From assembly GCA_964572255.1 (NCBI GenBank), contig CAZNEE010000001.1, forward strand, positions 2,223-66,222: a DNA stretch of 64,000 bases. The letters run 5' to 3'. The position numbers and the translations under genes are program-made. The DNA is from an uncultured Planctomycetia bacterium. Its GTDB lineage: Bacteria > Omnitrophota > Gorgyraeia > Tantalellales > Tantalellaceae. Of the stretch, positions 51,204 to 59,900 are shown piece after piece. Numbering within the stretch: position 1 is the stretch's first letter; each line of letters begins with the position of its first letter. Under the pieces are notes generated by a model. That model had not been told where the DNA came from, did no database searches, and saw only the letters and a list, made by a program, of their open reading frames with translations.

Positions 51204-52166
51204 TTAATGTCGCGGAGTTATTTTTTGTTTGAGTATATCTTTTTCAAAAATTAGATGTTTGTCTTTTGGATAAATCCATTCTTCATGGGGAAAAGAAGTC
51301 TTTATTTTTTCAACAGGCTCTCCCAGCGCAACGAGAACTTGTTGAGTATTCATGCCTTTTTTTACAACATGGAAGCGTATCAGGAATTTATAGAGTAAGG
51401 GCCAATTTTGAGGATCTTCAGTGATAAAATAGGTACCGAACCTGTTTTCATTATACCAACTTCCATCCGGGACATTCGTTCCGCTGAAATTTAGATCGAC
51501 AAAACCGATTTCTCCCCTGTCAGTTTGAACAATAAATCTAATGGGTCTTAAAGGATCCCAGCTGGCAACTACATCCATAACTTTTAAAGGAGTATATTTT
51601 CCGACAGATATAGTTTTTTCCTGGTCTTTTTCTTCATCATAAGAATAGATATATTTTCTCAAATACCAGAGGGTTTTTCCTATCCATTCTTTGCGGGCGT
51701 TTTCAATATCGGTAACTGAAACCAGCCCCTCTACAATCCCTTCTCTTGCCAAGATCTTATAAGTTTTTCCGTTATCATCCATTTTTAAGTAAACATCATA
51801 TATAATTTCCGCTGGATGGCCTGGAGGAGAAGGAGTTATTTTTTTATCTATTTTAGTTACCGTTCCGACCCTGCCGACACAATTTTTATAAATTGGATGA
51901 TAATCACGGCCAAATTCCGGATCATTGACTATCTCGATCATATCATCATATTTGTCGGTGTATATCAGGTCGCGTTTTCGTTTAGGATAAAAAACAAATT
52001 TATTCCCGATCCACGTTTCTATCGGACGGTATGAGTAGATATCTGCATAATAATCTTCTGGTTGCGCTTTTTGAGTGCCGATTGAGCCCTTTTTTACATA
52101 AGAATTGTCAGCGAAAGAAAAAATAGGCAAGGAAATAATTAAAAGTAGAATTATTAGTTTTTTCAT
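51204..52166 (-). CDS. Hypothetical secreted protein
   Basis: Signal peptide 'MKKLIILLLIISLPIFSFA'; no recognisable motif. Confidence 0.35.
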   Translation of the reverse strand: MKKLIILLLIISLPIFSFADNSYVKKGSIGTQKAQPEDYYADIYSYRPIETWIGNKFVFYPKRKRDLIYTDKYDDMIEIVNDPEFGRDYHPIYKNCVGRVGTVTKIDKKITPSPPGHPAEIIYDVYLKMDDNGKTYKILAREGIVEGLVSVTDIENARKEWIGKTLWYLRKYIYSYDEEKDQEKTISVGKYTPLKVMDVVASWDPLRPIRFIVQTDRGEIGFVDLNFSGTNVPDGSWYNENRFGTYFITEDPQNWPLLYKFLIRFHVVKKGMNTQQVLVALGEPVEKIKTSFPHEEWIYPKDKHLIFEKDILKQKITPRH

Positions 52167-52215
52167 ATGGTGAAATTTTAGAACTATTTATTGAATTTGT
52201 CAACATATATAAGGA

Positions 52216-53748
52216 TCATACCCATAAATTCCTGTCCAGGCACCTGTATCCGATAGCTTCGGAGATGTGGTGTGATTCGATCCTTTCCGATCCTTCCATG
52301 TCTGCGATTGTGCGTGAGATCTTCAGGATCTTATCATAAGCTCTGGCGCTGATCCCGAGTTCGAGTATAGCGGTTTTTAAAAGTTCTTCCGATTCTTTGG
52401 AGAGAATACAGTAGTTTTCTATTTCTTTCGAAGCCATGTATGCGTTATATGCGAGAGAAGATGTTCTATCTTTGAACCTTTCTTTTTGGATATTTCTGTT
52501 CCTGATCACACGTTCTTTAATTACAGAAGATTCTTCTCCGGTCCTTTTTCGGGAGAGCTGGTCATAATCCAGCCGAGGCACTTCAATGTGGATATCTATC
52601 CTGTCTAAAAGCGGACCTGATAATTTAGAGAGATACTTTTGTATTTGATGAGGGGAGCACTGGCAGTTTTTGTGCGGATCAGTAAAATATCCGCACGGAC
52701 AAGGGTTCATGGCCGCAATTAATATAAAACGGGAAGGGAACCTGGTCGATCGCTGCGTTCTGGTTACAGTTATTTCCCCGGCTTCAAGAGGCTGTCTTAG
52801 CGCTTCCAGTACATCACGGCGGTATTCCGGGAACTCATCAAGGAAAAGTACGCCGTTATGAGCAAGGCTTATTTCACCGGGCAAAGGATAGGAGCCGCCT
52901 CCCGCCATAGCTGCATAAGAGATCGTATGATGGGGAGAGCGAACGGGACGTTTAGTTATAAGATCATGGCTTTTAAGTTGGCCGGCTACGCTGTAAATAT
53001 TAGTCACTTCAAGCGCTTCGTCCGGCAGGAGATCGGGAAGGATAGTTGTGAATCTTTGCGCAAGCATACTCTTGCCTGATCCGGGAGGGCCTAAAAGAAG
53101 TATATTGTGTCCTCCGCTGGCCGCGACTTCAAGCCCGCGTTTGACATGTTCCTGGCCTTTGACATCTTTAAAATCCAAGTTTCCTTGAAGTTCGGTTGTA
53201 TTTACATCTTTTTGTTCTATTTTTACGGGATTAAGAGGTTTTATTCCTTTAAAATGCTCAACTACTTTTGCCAGGGAAGCCGCGCCGTATACGGTAAGCT
53301 TTTTTACGTTGGCTGCTTCAGGCGCATTATGTTTGGGCAGAATAAAGCTTTTGAATTTTTCTTTCAAAGCCAAAGCGATAGGCAGGGCGCCTCTGAAAGA
53401 TTTGAGTTTTCCGTTCAAGGAAAGTTCGCCGCAAAACAGAGACCCTTCAAGATCTTCCTCGTTTATAACGCCGGTCGCGCTAAGGATGCCGATCGCGATC
53501 GGAAGATCAAATCCGGCCCCTTCTTTTTTTATATTGGCGGGAGAGAGATTGACCGTTATTTTTCCCTGAGGGAAAGTATAACCCGAATTCTTTATAGCGG
53601 AACGGATACGTTCCCGGCTCTCCCTGATGGATGTGTCAGGCAGGCCGACTATCGCAAAAGAGGGAAGACCGTTCGAAACATCCACTTCGACGTCTACAGC
53701 ATATGCGCTAAGCCCCACAACACATGCCGAATTTACTTTAGATAACAT
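52216..53748 (-). CDS. comM: Mg-chelatase-like AAA+ ATPase YifB/ComM
   Basis: N-terminal ChlI/Lon-like domain 'GLPDTSIRESRERIRSAI', Walker A 'GPPGSGKSM', Mg-chelatase C-domain. Confidence 0.9.
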   Translation of the reverse strand: MLSKVNSACVVGLSAYAVDVEVDVSNGLPSFAIVGLPDTSIRESRERIRSAIKNSGYTFPQGKITVNLSPANIKKEGAGFDLPIAIGILSATGVINEEDLEGSLFCGELSLNGKLKSFRGALPIALALKEKFKSFILPKHNAPEAANVKKLTVYGAASLAKVVEHFKGIKPLNPVKIEQKDVNTTELQGNLDFKDVKGQEHVKRGLEVAASGGHNILLLGPPGSGKSMLAQRFTTILPDLLPDEALEVTNIYSVAGQLKSHDLITKRPVRSPHHTISYAAMAGGGSYPLPGEISLAHNGVLFLDEFPEYRRDVLEALRQPLEAGEITVTRTQRSTRFPSRFILIAAMNPCPCGYFTDPHKNCQCSPHQIQKYLSKLSGPLLDRIDIHIEVPRLDYDQLSRKRTGEESSVIKERVIRNRNIQKERFKDRTSSLAYNAYMASKEIENYCILSKESEELLKTAILELGISARAYDKILKISRTIADMEGSERIESHHISEAIGYRCLDRNLWV

Positions 53749-53760
53749 TATTGCTCCTTT

Positions 53761-54162
53761 TTAATTTTCTTCGATCTCAATAACGTTTGTTACATGATCA
53801 AGAACCTGAAGATTTTTATTGATATCAAGTTTAACGGAAACAGCGTCAATACGGCACGGCCTGTTAAAAATTCGGTGCCTTTTGATGTAATACTGGCAAT
53901 TTCTTATGATATGTTTTTGTTTTGTCCTGGTTATAGAGGAGAAGGGAGTACCGAATTTTTCGGAAATACGCGTTTTGACCTCCAGAAAAACAAGATATTT
54001 TCCATATGTAGATACTATATCTATCTCGCCGAAAGGCGTCCTGTAGTTCCTTCTTAATATTCTGAACCCTTTAGAGAACAAGTGCCTTTCGGCGAGTTTT
54101 TCCCCGTATTTACCTATACTATGCCTGAACAAGTTCTTCGCTTGTTTCTTCTTTTTTCTCAT
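53761..54162 (-). CDS. yraN: YraN-family (UPF0102) endonuclease-like protein
   Basis: 'GEIDIVSTYGKYLVFLEVKTR' YraN core; ATG 54162 would overlap spoVG 3' end by 44 nt (alternative TTG 54132); ORF track extends to 54327. Confidence 0.6.
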   Translation of the reverse strand: MRKKKKQAKNLFRHSIGKYGEKLAERHLFSKGFRILRRNYRTPFGEIDIVSTYGKYLVFLEVKTRISEKFGTPFSSITRTKQKHIIRNCQYYIKRHRIFNRPCRIDAVSVKLDINKNLQVLDHVTNVIEIEEN

Positions 54163-54415
54163 TGTATGCCTCAAGAACCAGTTCCTGCAGCCCTTTGTGC
54201 ATTTCTTTGGAAATAGTATAGAAGGTGGGGTACCACTTTCCATCCTTGCCTTGCTCTCTGGGCATCCCAAGGAAAAGACCGTCTTTACCCTCGACGACTT
54301 TAAGTCCTTTTGCGATGAACGTATCAAGTATCATTAGATCGCAAAAGGCTTTTGTCGGGCCATCCCCGTCCAAAAGGCGAATTTTCTCCACTCTGATGAT
54401 CGGTTTGTTACTCAT
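54119..54415 (-). CDS. spoVG: Septation protein SpoVG
   Basis: 'MSNKPIIRVEKIRLLDGDGPTKAFCD...' full-length SpoVG. Confidence 0.85.
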   Translation of the reverse strand: MSNKPIIRVEKIRLLDGDGPTKAFCDLMILDTFIAKGLKVVEGKDGLFLGMPREQGKDGKWYPTFYTISKEMHKGLQELVLEAYNEKKEETSEELVQA

Positions 54416-54535
54416 TTTTTCCTCCTTTTCAGTTTACGATTTGTTATGCATGATTTATTGCGGATCATGCACCCATGCATATATAGACAAGTTTTCGGAG
54501 AAAAAACTTTCATTTAGAACAAAAATAATGCGAAA

Positions 54536-54579
54536 CAAAAAGACCCTGACCACTTTTTCTAGTGATCAGGGCCTTTTTT
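54536..54579. terminator. Bidirectional intrinsic terminator downstream of minus-strand PEP-CTERM gene
   Basis: GACCCTGACCACT / AGTGATCAGGGCC imperfect stem flanked by A5 (left) and T6 (right). Confidence 0.45.
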
Positions 54580-54627
54580 ATGACCAAAATGAATATAAGC
54601 TTGTAAAGCTACTTCTAATTATTTTAT

Positions 54628-55323
54628 TTATTTTCTAAATCTTTTTATTGCAAACCCCAGTCCTGCTAACAGGAACGAGAACATAGTTGCGGGTTCGGGA
54701 ACAGGATCGGGATCTTCTGGCGGTGATTCCTGTTCAGCAGTTATAAGTTGTACCATATCACCGCTATCCATACCGGCGTCATATGTATTGTCATCTGGAT
54801 CAAAAGGATTATTTGCGTATTCAAAAAGAATTAGATCGGCATCGATGCCCCCCGGGGTTATGAGTGTCGCTGAACCGCCCGGAATGGATTCTGCCGGATT
54901 GGCCGGAGGCCAGGAAGGCGTGCCAAAGAAAACCCTATGGATTATATCGGGATCCATATCGTAATATAATATTTCCGTTGCATAAAAACTATAGGGAGTA
55001 CCCCAGACAGCCGGCCAAAAGGTCCAGACTGGTCCGCTTAATCCATCATCAGAACCAAGGCGCCAAGACCCGAAAGATCCCACAGAAGGATCCCACATTG
55101 GCGTAACAGAAACCTGTGCGCCATTATCCCAATCCCAATAAATATCCCCAGATTGGAGTGGGGCATTTATAGTAGTGTTTGCCGGAAGATCCCAGACATC
55201 AAATGGGGGTTCGGTGGTCTCTATTGCTACGTCACTGGTTATCGGCGCCGCCCCGGCGCTTTGCGCCATAAACAAAAGACCAGCCGCAATTACCGCAATT
55301 GCTATTAAACTTAAATTCTTCAC
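54628..55323 (-). CDS. PEP-CTERM sorting-signal secreted protein
   Basis: Signal peptide 'MKNLSLIAIAVIAAGLLFMAQSAGA'; C-terminus 'VPEPATMFSFLLAGLGFAIKRFRK'. Confidence 0.75.
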   Translation of the reverse strand: MKNLSLIAIAVIAAGLLFMAQSAGAAPITSDVAIETTEPPFDVWDLPANTTINAPLQSGDIYWDWDNGAQVSVTPMWDPSVGSFGSWRLGSDDGLSGPVWTFWPAVWGTPYSFYATEILYYDMDPDIIHRVFFGTPSWPPANPAESIPGGSATLITPGGIDADLILFEYANNPFDPDDNTYDAGMDSGDMVQLITAEQESPPEDPDPVPEPATMFSFLLAGLGFAIKRFRK

Positions 55324-55372
55324 TTTGGTCCTCCTTCTTGTTACTTTTTAAACTTCACATCTTTACTAAAAC

Positions 55373-55512
55373 AAAAAAACCCAACCATTGAAAGGTTGGG
55401 TCACAAAGATCCTCTTACACTTTTTACGATAGTGCAAATCGGCAACCGGCTGGGTCTCGCTTAATCTGCTAAACCCCCTGTGGTTTTGTGCCCCATTCTT
55501 GCAAATGGTTTA
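55373..55512 (-). promoter_or_regulatory. Paralogous structured leader RNA (candidate c-di-GMP-I/GEMM-like riboswitch + terminator), copy 2
   Basis: Reverse complement reads AAACCAUUUGCAAGAAUGGGGCACAAAACC...GCCGAU...ACCCAACCUUUCAAUGGUUGGGUUUUU; collinear with 2915..3060. Confidence 0.55.
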
Positions 55513-55562
55513 CTATTAGTATTGGTAAAAAGAGCATAATTGCTTACTTTACTATCTCTTAA

Positions 55563-55590
55563 AGTATACCACATGTTTTCCGAAAGTCAA
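55563..55590 (-). promoter_or_regulatory. Sigma70-like promoter TTGACT-N16-TATACT (minus strand) driving leader copy 2
   Basis: Reverse complement of 55585-55590 = TTGACT, of 55563-55568 = TATACT; overlaps 3' end of anti-sigma gene. Confidence 0.4.
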
Positions 55591-56018
55591 TTTTTTTTAG
55601 TAAGTTTTTTCGATTCGAAGTGGGAGAGGAGTCGGTTGGTTTTATCTTGGTCGCCGCTTTTCCAGGCCTCATGGATCATTACGAGCATCTTTGTTGTTCT
55701 TGCCTCGATTATCCATTTAGCGCCCATCAATAAGCACGCGACGAGGAATTGAAGAAAATATTTTGAAAAAATAAAAGAGCAGGCAAAAGTGATGATTGTT
55801 CCCAGGAGCCAGCGATTCTTTCTGATCCACCGAAAAATGCTTTCTTTCAGCTCAAAAATATCAGGTTGGCTTAATATCTCATGGGTCTCTGCCAGGAGCT
55901 TCCGGCATTTGTCGCATGAGGCAAGATGCTGTTCCACGCTTCTTTTTAGTCCATCTTCAAGCAGACCGTTCATATATTCGCTCAGGATTTCTTCTGTAGG
56001 GCATATGCGGCTGTTCAT
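55587..56018 (-). CDS. Anti-sigma factor with N-terminal zf-HC2 zinc finger and C-terminal TM anchor
   Basis: 'EQHLASCDKCRKLLAETHE' HxxxCxxC motif; immediately downstream of ECF sigma gene. Confidence 0.6.
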   Translation of the reverse strand: MNSRICPTEEILSEYMNGLLEDGLKRSVEQHLASCDKCRKLLAETHEILSQPDIFELKESIFRWIRKNRWLLGTIITFACSFIFSKYFLQFLVACLLMGAKWIIEARTTKMLVMIHEAWKSGDQDKTNRLLSHFESKKLTKKN

Positions 56019-56077
56019 GATCTATTCTCCTTTTTACATATATAGACAAATTTTTCAGTCAAAAACGTTCACCGATC

Positions 56078-56710
56078 TTAAAAAATATCAATATTTTCAC
56101 CAAAATATTGGTTTAGTCCCTCGCGCAGATTATGTTTTCCCCGGCGGATCAACGTCGAAACCGTATTCAGGGGTATATTCATTATTTCGGAGATATCCCG
56201 GTGCTTTTTATTTTCATAGATATTTAACTTTAAAACAAGCTGTTGTTTAGGGTTGAGCTTGGCAAGCTCCTTCTTGAAAGCTTCTCTGATCTCCGAAGAT
56301 TCGATCATCTTTTCAGTGTTAAGCTTTAAAGATGATAATTTTGATCCCAAGGTCAATTCAGGTTCTTCCCGGGAAAAGCTTTGATCCAAAGAGGCAGTAT
56401 TGTTTCGATTTTTTATCTCCTTTTTTGTGCAGTAATTCAAAGTCGCGTTAATTGAAACCATTACCAGCCAGCTTTTAAGGGAAGAGGGATGCTTTATTCC
56501 GGAAAGCCTGTTGTTGTTCCATATGGATAAAAATATCTCCTGAACAATATCCTGATATTCATATCTAACCGAACCCACGCTAAGCCTGTTTAACTTATAG
56601 TTGACGCTTCTAATTACAAGCCGTTCATAGCGCCGGATGAATTCTCCCCAGGCATTAGAGTCCCTTTGGGCGCATTTATTTATCAATTCTTTCGTAGAAA
56701 GATACCGCAT
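56078..56710 (-). CDS. RNA polymerase ECF-type sigma factor (sigma-70 region 2 + region 4)
   Basis: Region 2 'QDIVQEIFLSIWNN', region 4 HTH 'HRDISEIMNIPLNTVSTLIRRGKHNL'. Confidence 0.85.
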   Translation of the reverse strand: MRYLSTKELINKCAQRDSNAWGEFIRRYERLVIRSVNYKLNRLSVGSVRYEYQDIVQEIFLSIWNNNRLSGIKHPSSLKSWLVMVSINATLNYCTKKEIKNRNNTASLDQSFSREEPELTLGSKLSSLKLNTEKMIESSEIREAFKKELAKLNPKQQLVLKLNIYENKKHRDISEIMNIPLNTVSTLIRRGKHNLREGLNQYFGENIDIF

Positions 56711-56856
56711 AGGGACATTTTAATATAATTTTCGTATTTTATCAATTATTATTTGCATTTAATTAAAATTACAAGGCTATAGTTTTTAATGAAAAAAGGG
56801 CACAAGAAATTAAAATAAACACAAGTTAGCACATAAAAAAGCTAGCAAGATTTTAC

Positions 56857-56884
56857 TTGAATATACATACACTTATTGTATAAT
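56857..56884 (+). promoter_or_regulatory. Sigma70-like promoter TTGAAT-N16-TATAAT upstream of giant ORF
   Basis: TTGAAT 56857-56862, TATAAT 56879-56884, ~110 nt before ATG 56994. Confidence 0.4.
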
Positions 56885-56993
56885 ATATATATTCAAATAA
56901 AAGAATAAAAAGCAAGAAAAGCACTAAGTTATATGTGCTTTTAATTTTTGCAAAGAAAATTAAGAAATTTTAAAGTAAGATGGGGTTGGGAAA

Positions 56994-59900
56994 ATGATAA
57001 ACGCTTGGCAAAAAGACAATTCGTCCATAGTAAGCAAAAAGACACTAATAAGGGTCGTGGCGCTTATTACATTAGTGGCTTTTGTGCTTACTATGGATGG
57101 GGGTATTCTTACCGACATTGCGCACGCCTCGAACCTACCTTCAAATTCCGCGAATAGCTTCAACGCCCGATTGATCAAGTTGCCGGAATACCTTGGCCAC
57201 ATAAAAGAATCCCATAATACTTTTTCAGAAAGAATAGTTATTCACATTCAGGATGCCCACTGTAATTATGCCGCCCAAAAGAAAATTGCCGATATAATCC
57301 GATATCTCAATGATACATACGCGATAGACACCGCCAACCTGGAAGGAGGAAAAGGCAATTATGATCTTTCACCTTTTTCCGGTATTTCCGATAAGGCTGT
57401 TCGCGAAAAAATATCTGATCATTTTGTTAAGGAAGGGCTTATAAACGGAGCGGAGTATTTTGCCATAAATAGTCCAAATCAAGTAAAGCTGTGGGGGATA
57501 GAAGATGAAGGGCTTTATGTAAGAAATCTTAATGTATATCGGGATGCTATTAAGCATAAAAAAGAGGCTGATAAATATATAAATGAACTCGGGCAGGCAT
57601 TAACTGGCCTTAAACGCCATATTTATTCAGAGGAACTTTTAAAGCTGGATGGGGTCTATTCCGAGTTTAAAGAGCAGGAAATAGAGTTAAGGGATTATCT
57701 CGCATATCTATTCAATAAAGCTGATGAAAGATCCATCGATATCAAGGCATTCCCGAATTTGTACCTGTTAAATCAGGCGATCAGGGAAGAAAGAAAGATA
57801 GATTTTGAAAAGGCCGATAAAGAAAGGACCCGTCTTATAAATAGATTGGAGAACAAGCTCTCCAGATACGATATTGAGGAACTCCTCTTAAAAATGGTCG
57901 AATTTAAAGAAGAGAGGATAACACAGGATAGTTTTTACAGATACCTTGCAAGAAAAGCAAGGCTGGCCAATATCAGCCTGGAGGGATCTCCCGAACTCAG
58001 GAAATATATCATATATGTATCCATATATAATTCTTTGGATGAAATTACACTATATGAAGAGATAGAAGCCCTTGAGGGAAAGATCCAACAGTCTTTGTGT
58101 GAGAACGAGACCCAACTTGAGCTATATGAACTTTCAAGGAACTTTGCTTTAACGAAAAACATTCTGGATTTTTCAATAACAAGCAACGATTACAGGTATT
58201 ACAAGGATAATCAAAAGCTTTTTAAGGTCAAAAATTATATATCATTTATAGGAAAATACTCACCGCGATATAAAATTACCGCAAAAGTTGATAATAATTT
58301 ACGGGATCTTGATCGTTATCGTGATGAAGCCATAAAGTTCTATGAATATTCATTCGAAAGGGACAAGGCATTTATAAAAAATCTTAAATGGTCGCAAGCA
58401 AAAGACCAGGGCCGGCAAATCACTATCCTTATAACAGGCGGTTTCCACTCGGAGAACCTTACCGGTCTTTTAAAAGAGAAAGGGATCTCTTTCATCTCGA
58501 TAGCGCCGAACTTTAAATGCGAGGAGGGGTACGAATCGCCTTACTTTGATCTTTTAAGCGGCGGCAAAGGCTCTCTGGTAAAGCTTATCGAGACAAGCAC
58601 TTCGGGCCTTGCGATGCATAGTTTGCTTTCAGAGATGGAAGTTATCGATATAGATAAGGAAGGCATTAAGCGGGCCATAGAAGTCCTTGAAGCATTAGAA
58701 AAAGAAGGGAGCATCACTCTTCCCGCCAGGTACGGATCTGTTACATTTTCACGCGAAGCCATAAGCGACCTCTCAGAGGAAAAGAAAAGGATGAACGGAT
58801 ACACGGTCTATGTGACCAGGGAAGATATCCAAAGAGAGGGTTCATCTGAAGGCAAAGAAGATAAACGGGCATTACAGGCAATTGAAAAAGATCACATTGC
58901 AAAAAGAATTATAAACCGCACCTTTGGTAATGCCAGGGCTGTTTCTGGATTGTTCCACCCGTTAAGCTTGATTTTACTGCTTACTGCACCAAGTCTTTTT
59001 GTGACAAAAATTGCTTTCTGGATTCTTATAAGCGCCACGTCACTATTTATAACAAAAGAGATATTACATTATTTCGGATTATTGGATAGAGATAAAACAA
59101 AGTCTCCCGCCTGGTTTGATAAACTTTCATTTGATTTTGCGAAAAAAGGCATGGTTCTCGGGATGGTCTTTTTGGGGTTTATGGCTTTTTATTTTATTGT
59201 ATCTCCCGGCTCTATTATCCCGAATTATATGACCTGGTCGAACTTGATCTCGGGTAGAAATCCGATATGGGATATTATTTTTACTGGAGGAGTATTTGGT
59301 CTTTTCATTTTACCGCTTCAATTATTTGTATCCGGGATGAGTGAGGGCATAAGTGGTTTATTTAAGGAAGCCATTACAGATCGTCTCCCTTTCAGGGAGA
59401 AAAAAAGATCTTCCTGGCACAGCGAAGAGGAAGCTGCGTATTTATTGATTTGTTATGCACCGATCCTTGAAGAATCGGCACGATTTATTAATATATGGGC
59501 GTATTTATATGGAGCTTTATATGTTTTAGGGTTAAGTACACAGTCATCCATTTTATTCGCGATTGTGGCGTCATCTCTTCATTTTTGGGCAACTCATTGC
59601 TCTCATAAAAGTCTCGCGACTTTACTTGAAGGGGTATTTTTAGGCGTTTTGACGGTTTTTATCAATAACCCTATTGTTAATTATGCCAGCCATTTTTGGC
59701 ATAACGTTTTTTATGGTGGAGCTTCATCTGCACTTTCAAGAGATGGCGAAGAACAGGGAAAACCAAAGTCATCTCCCGATGAAACCAGCGTTGAAGTTGA
59801 AAAGGTTCAGGATCCGACAGCGGATATGATCGAAGCCATAATCGAGCTCCATAAGGCGAATGATCAGATGGAACGCATATCCGAAGAGGAACTCACGCAG

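Noticed and set aside
53107-53745. 212-aa plus-strand ORF
   Set aside because: Lies entirely antisense within comM/yifB (52216..53748, minus), which has strong family-wide similarity. No motifs.
55789-56250. 153-aa plus-strand ORF
   Set aside because: Antisense to the ECF sigma / anti-sigma genes. Low-complexity S/R/F-rich.
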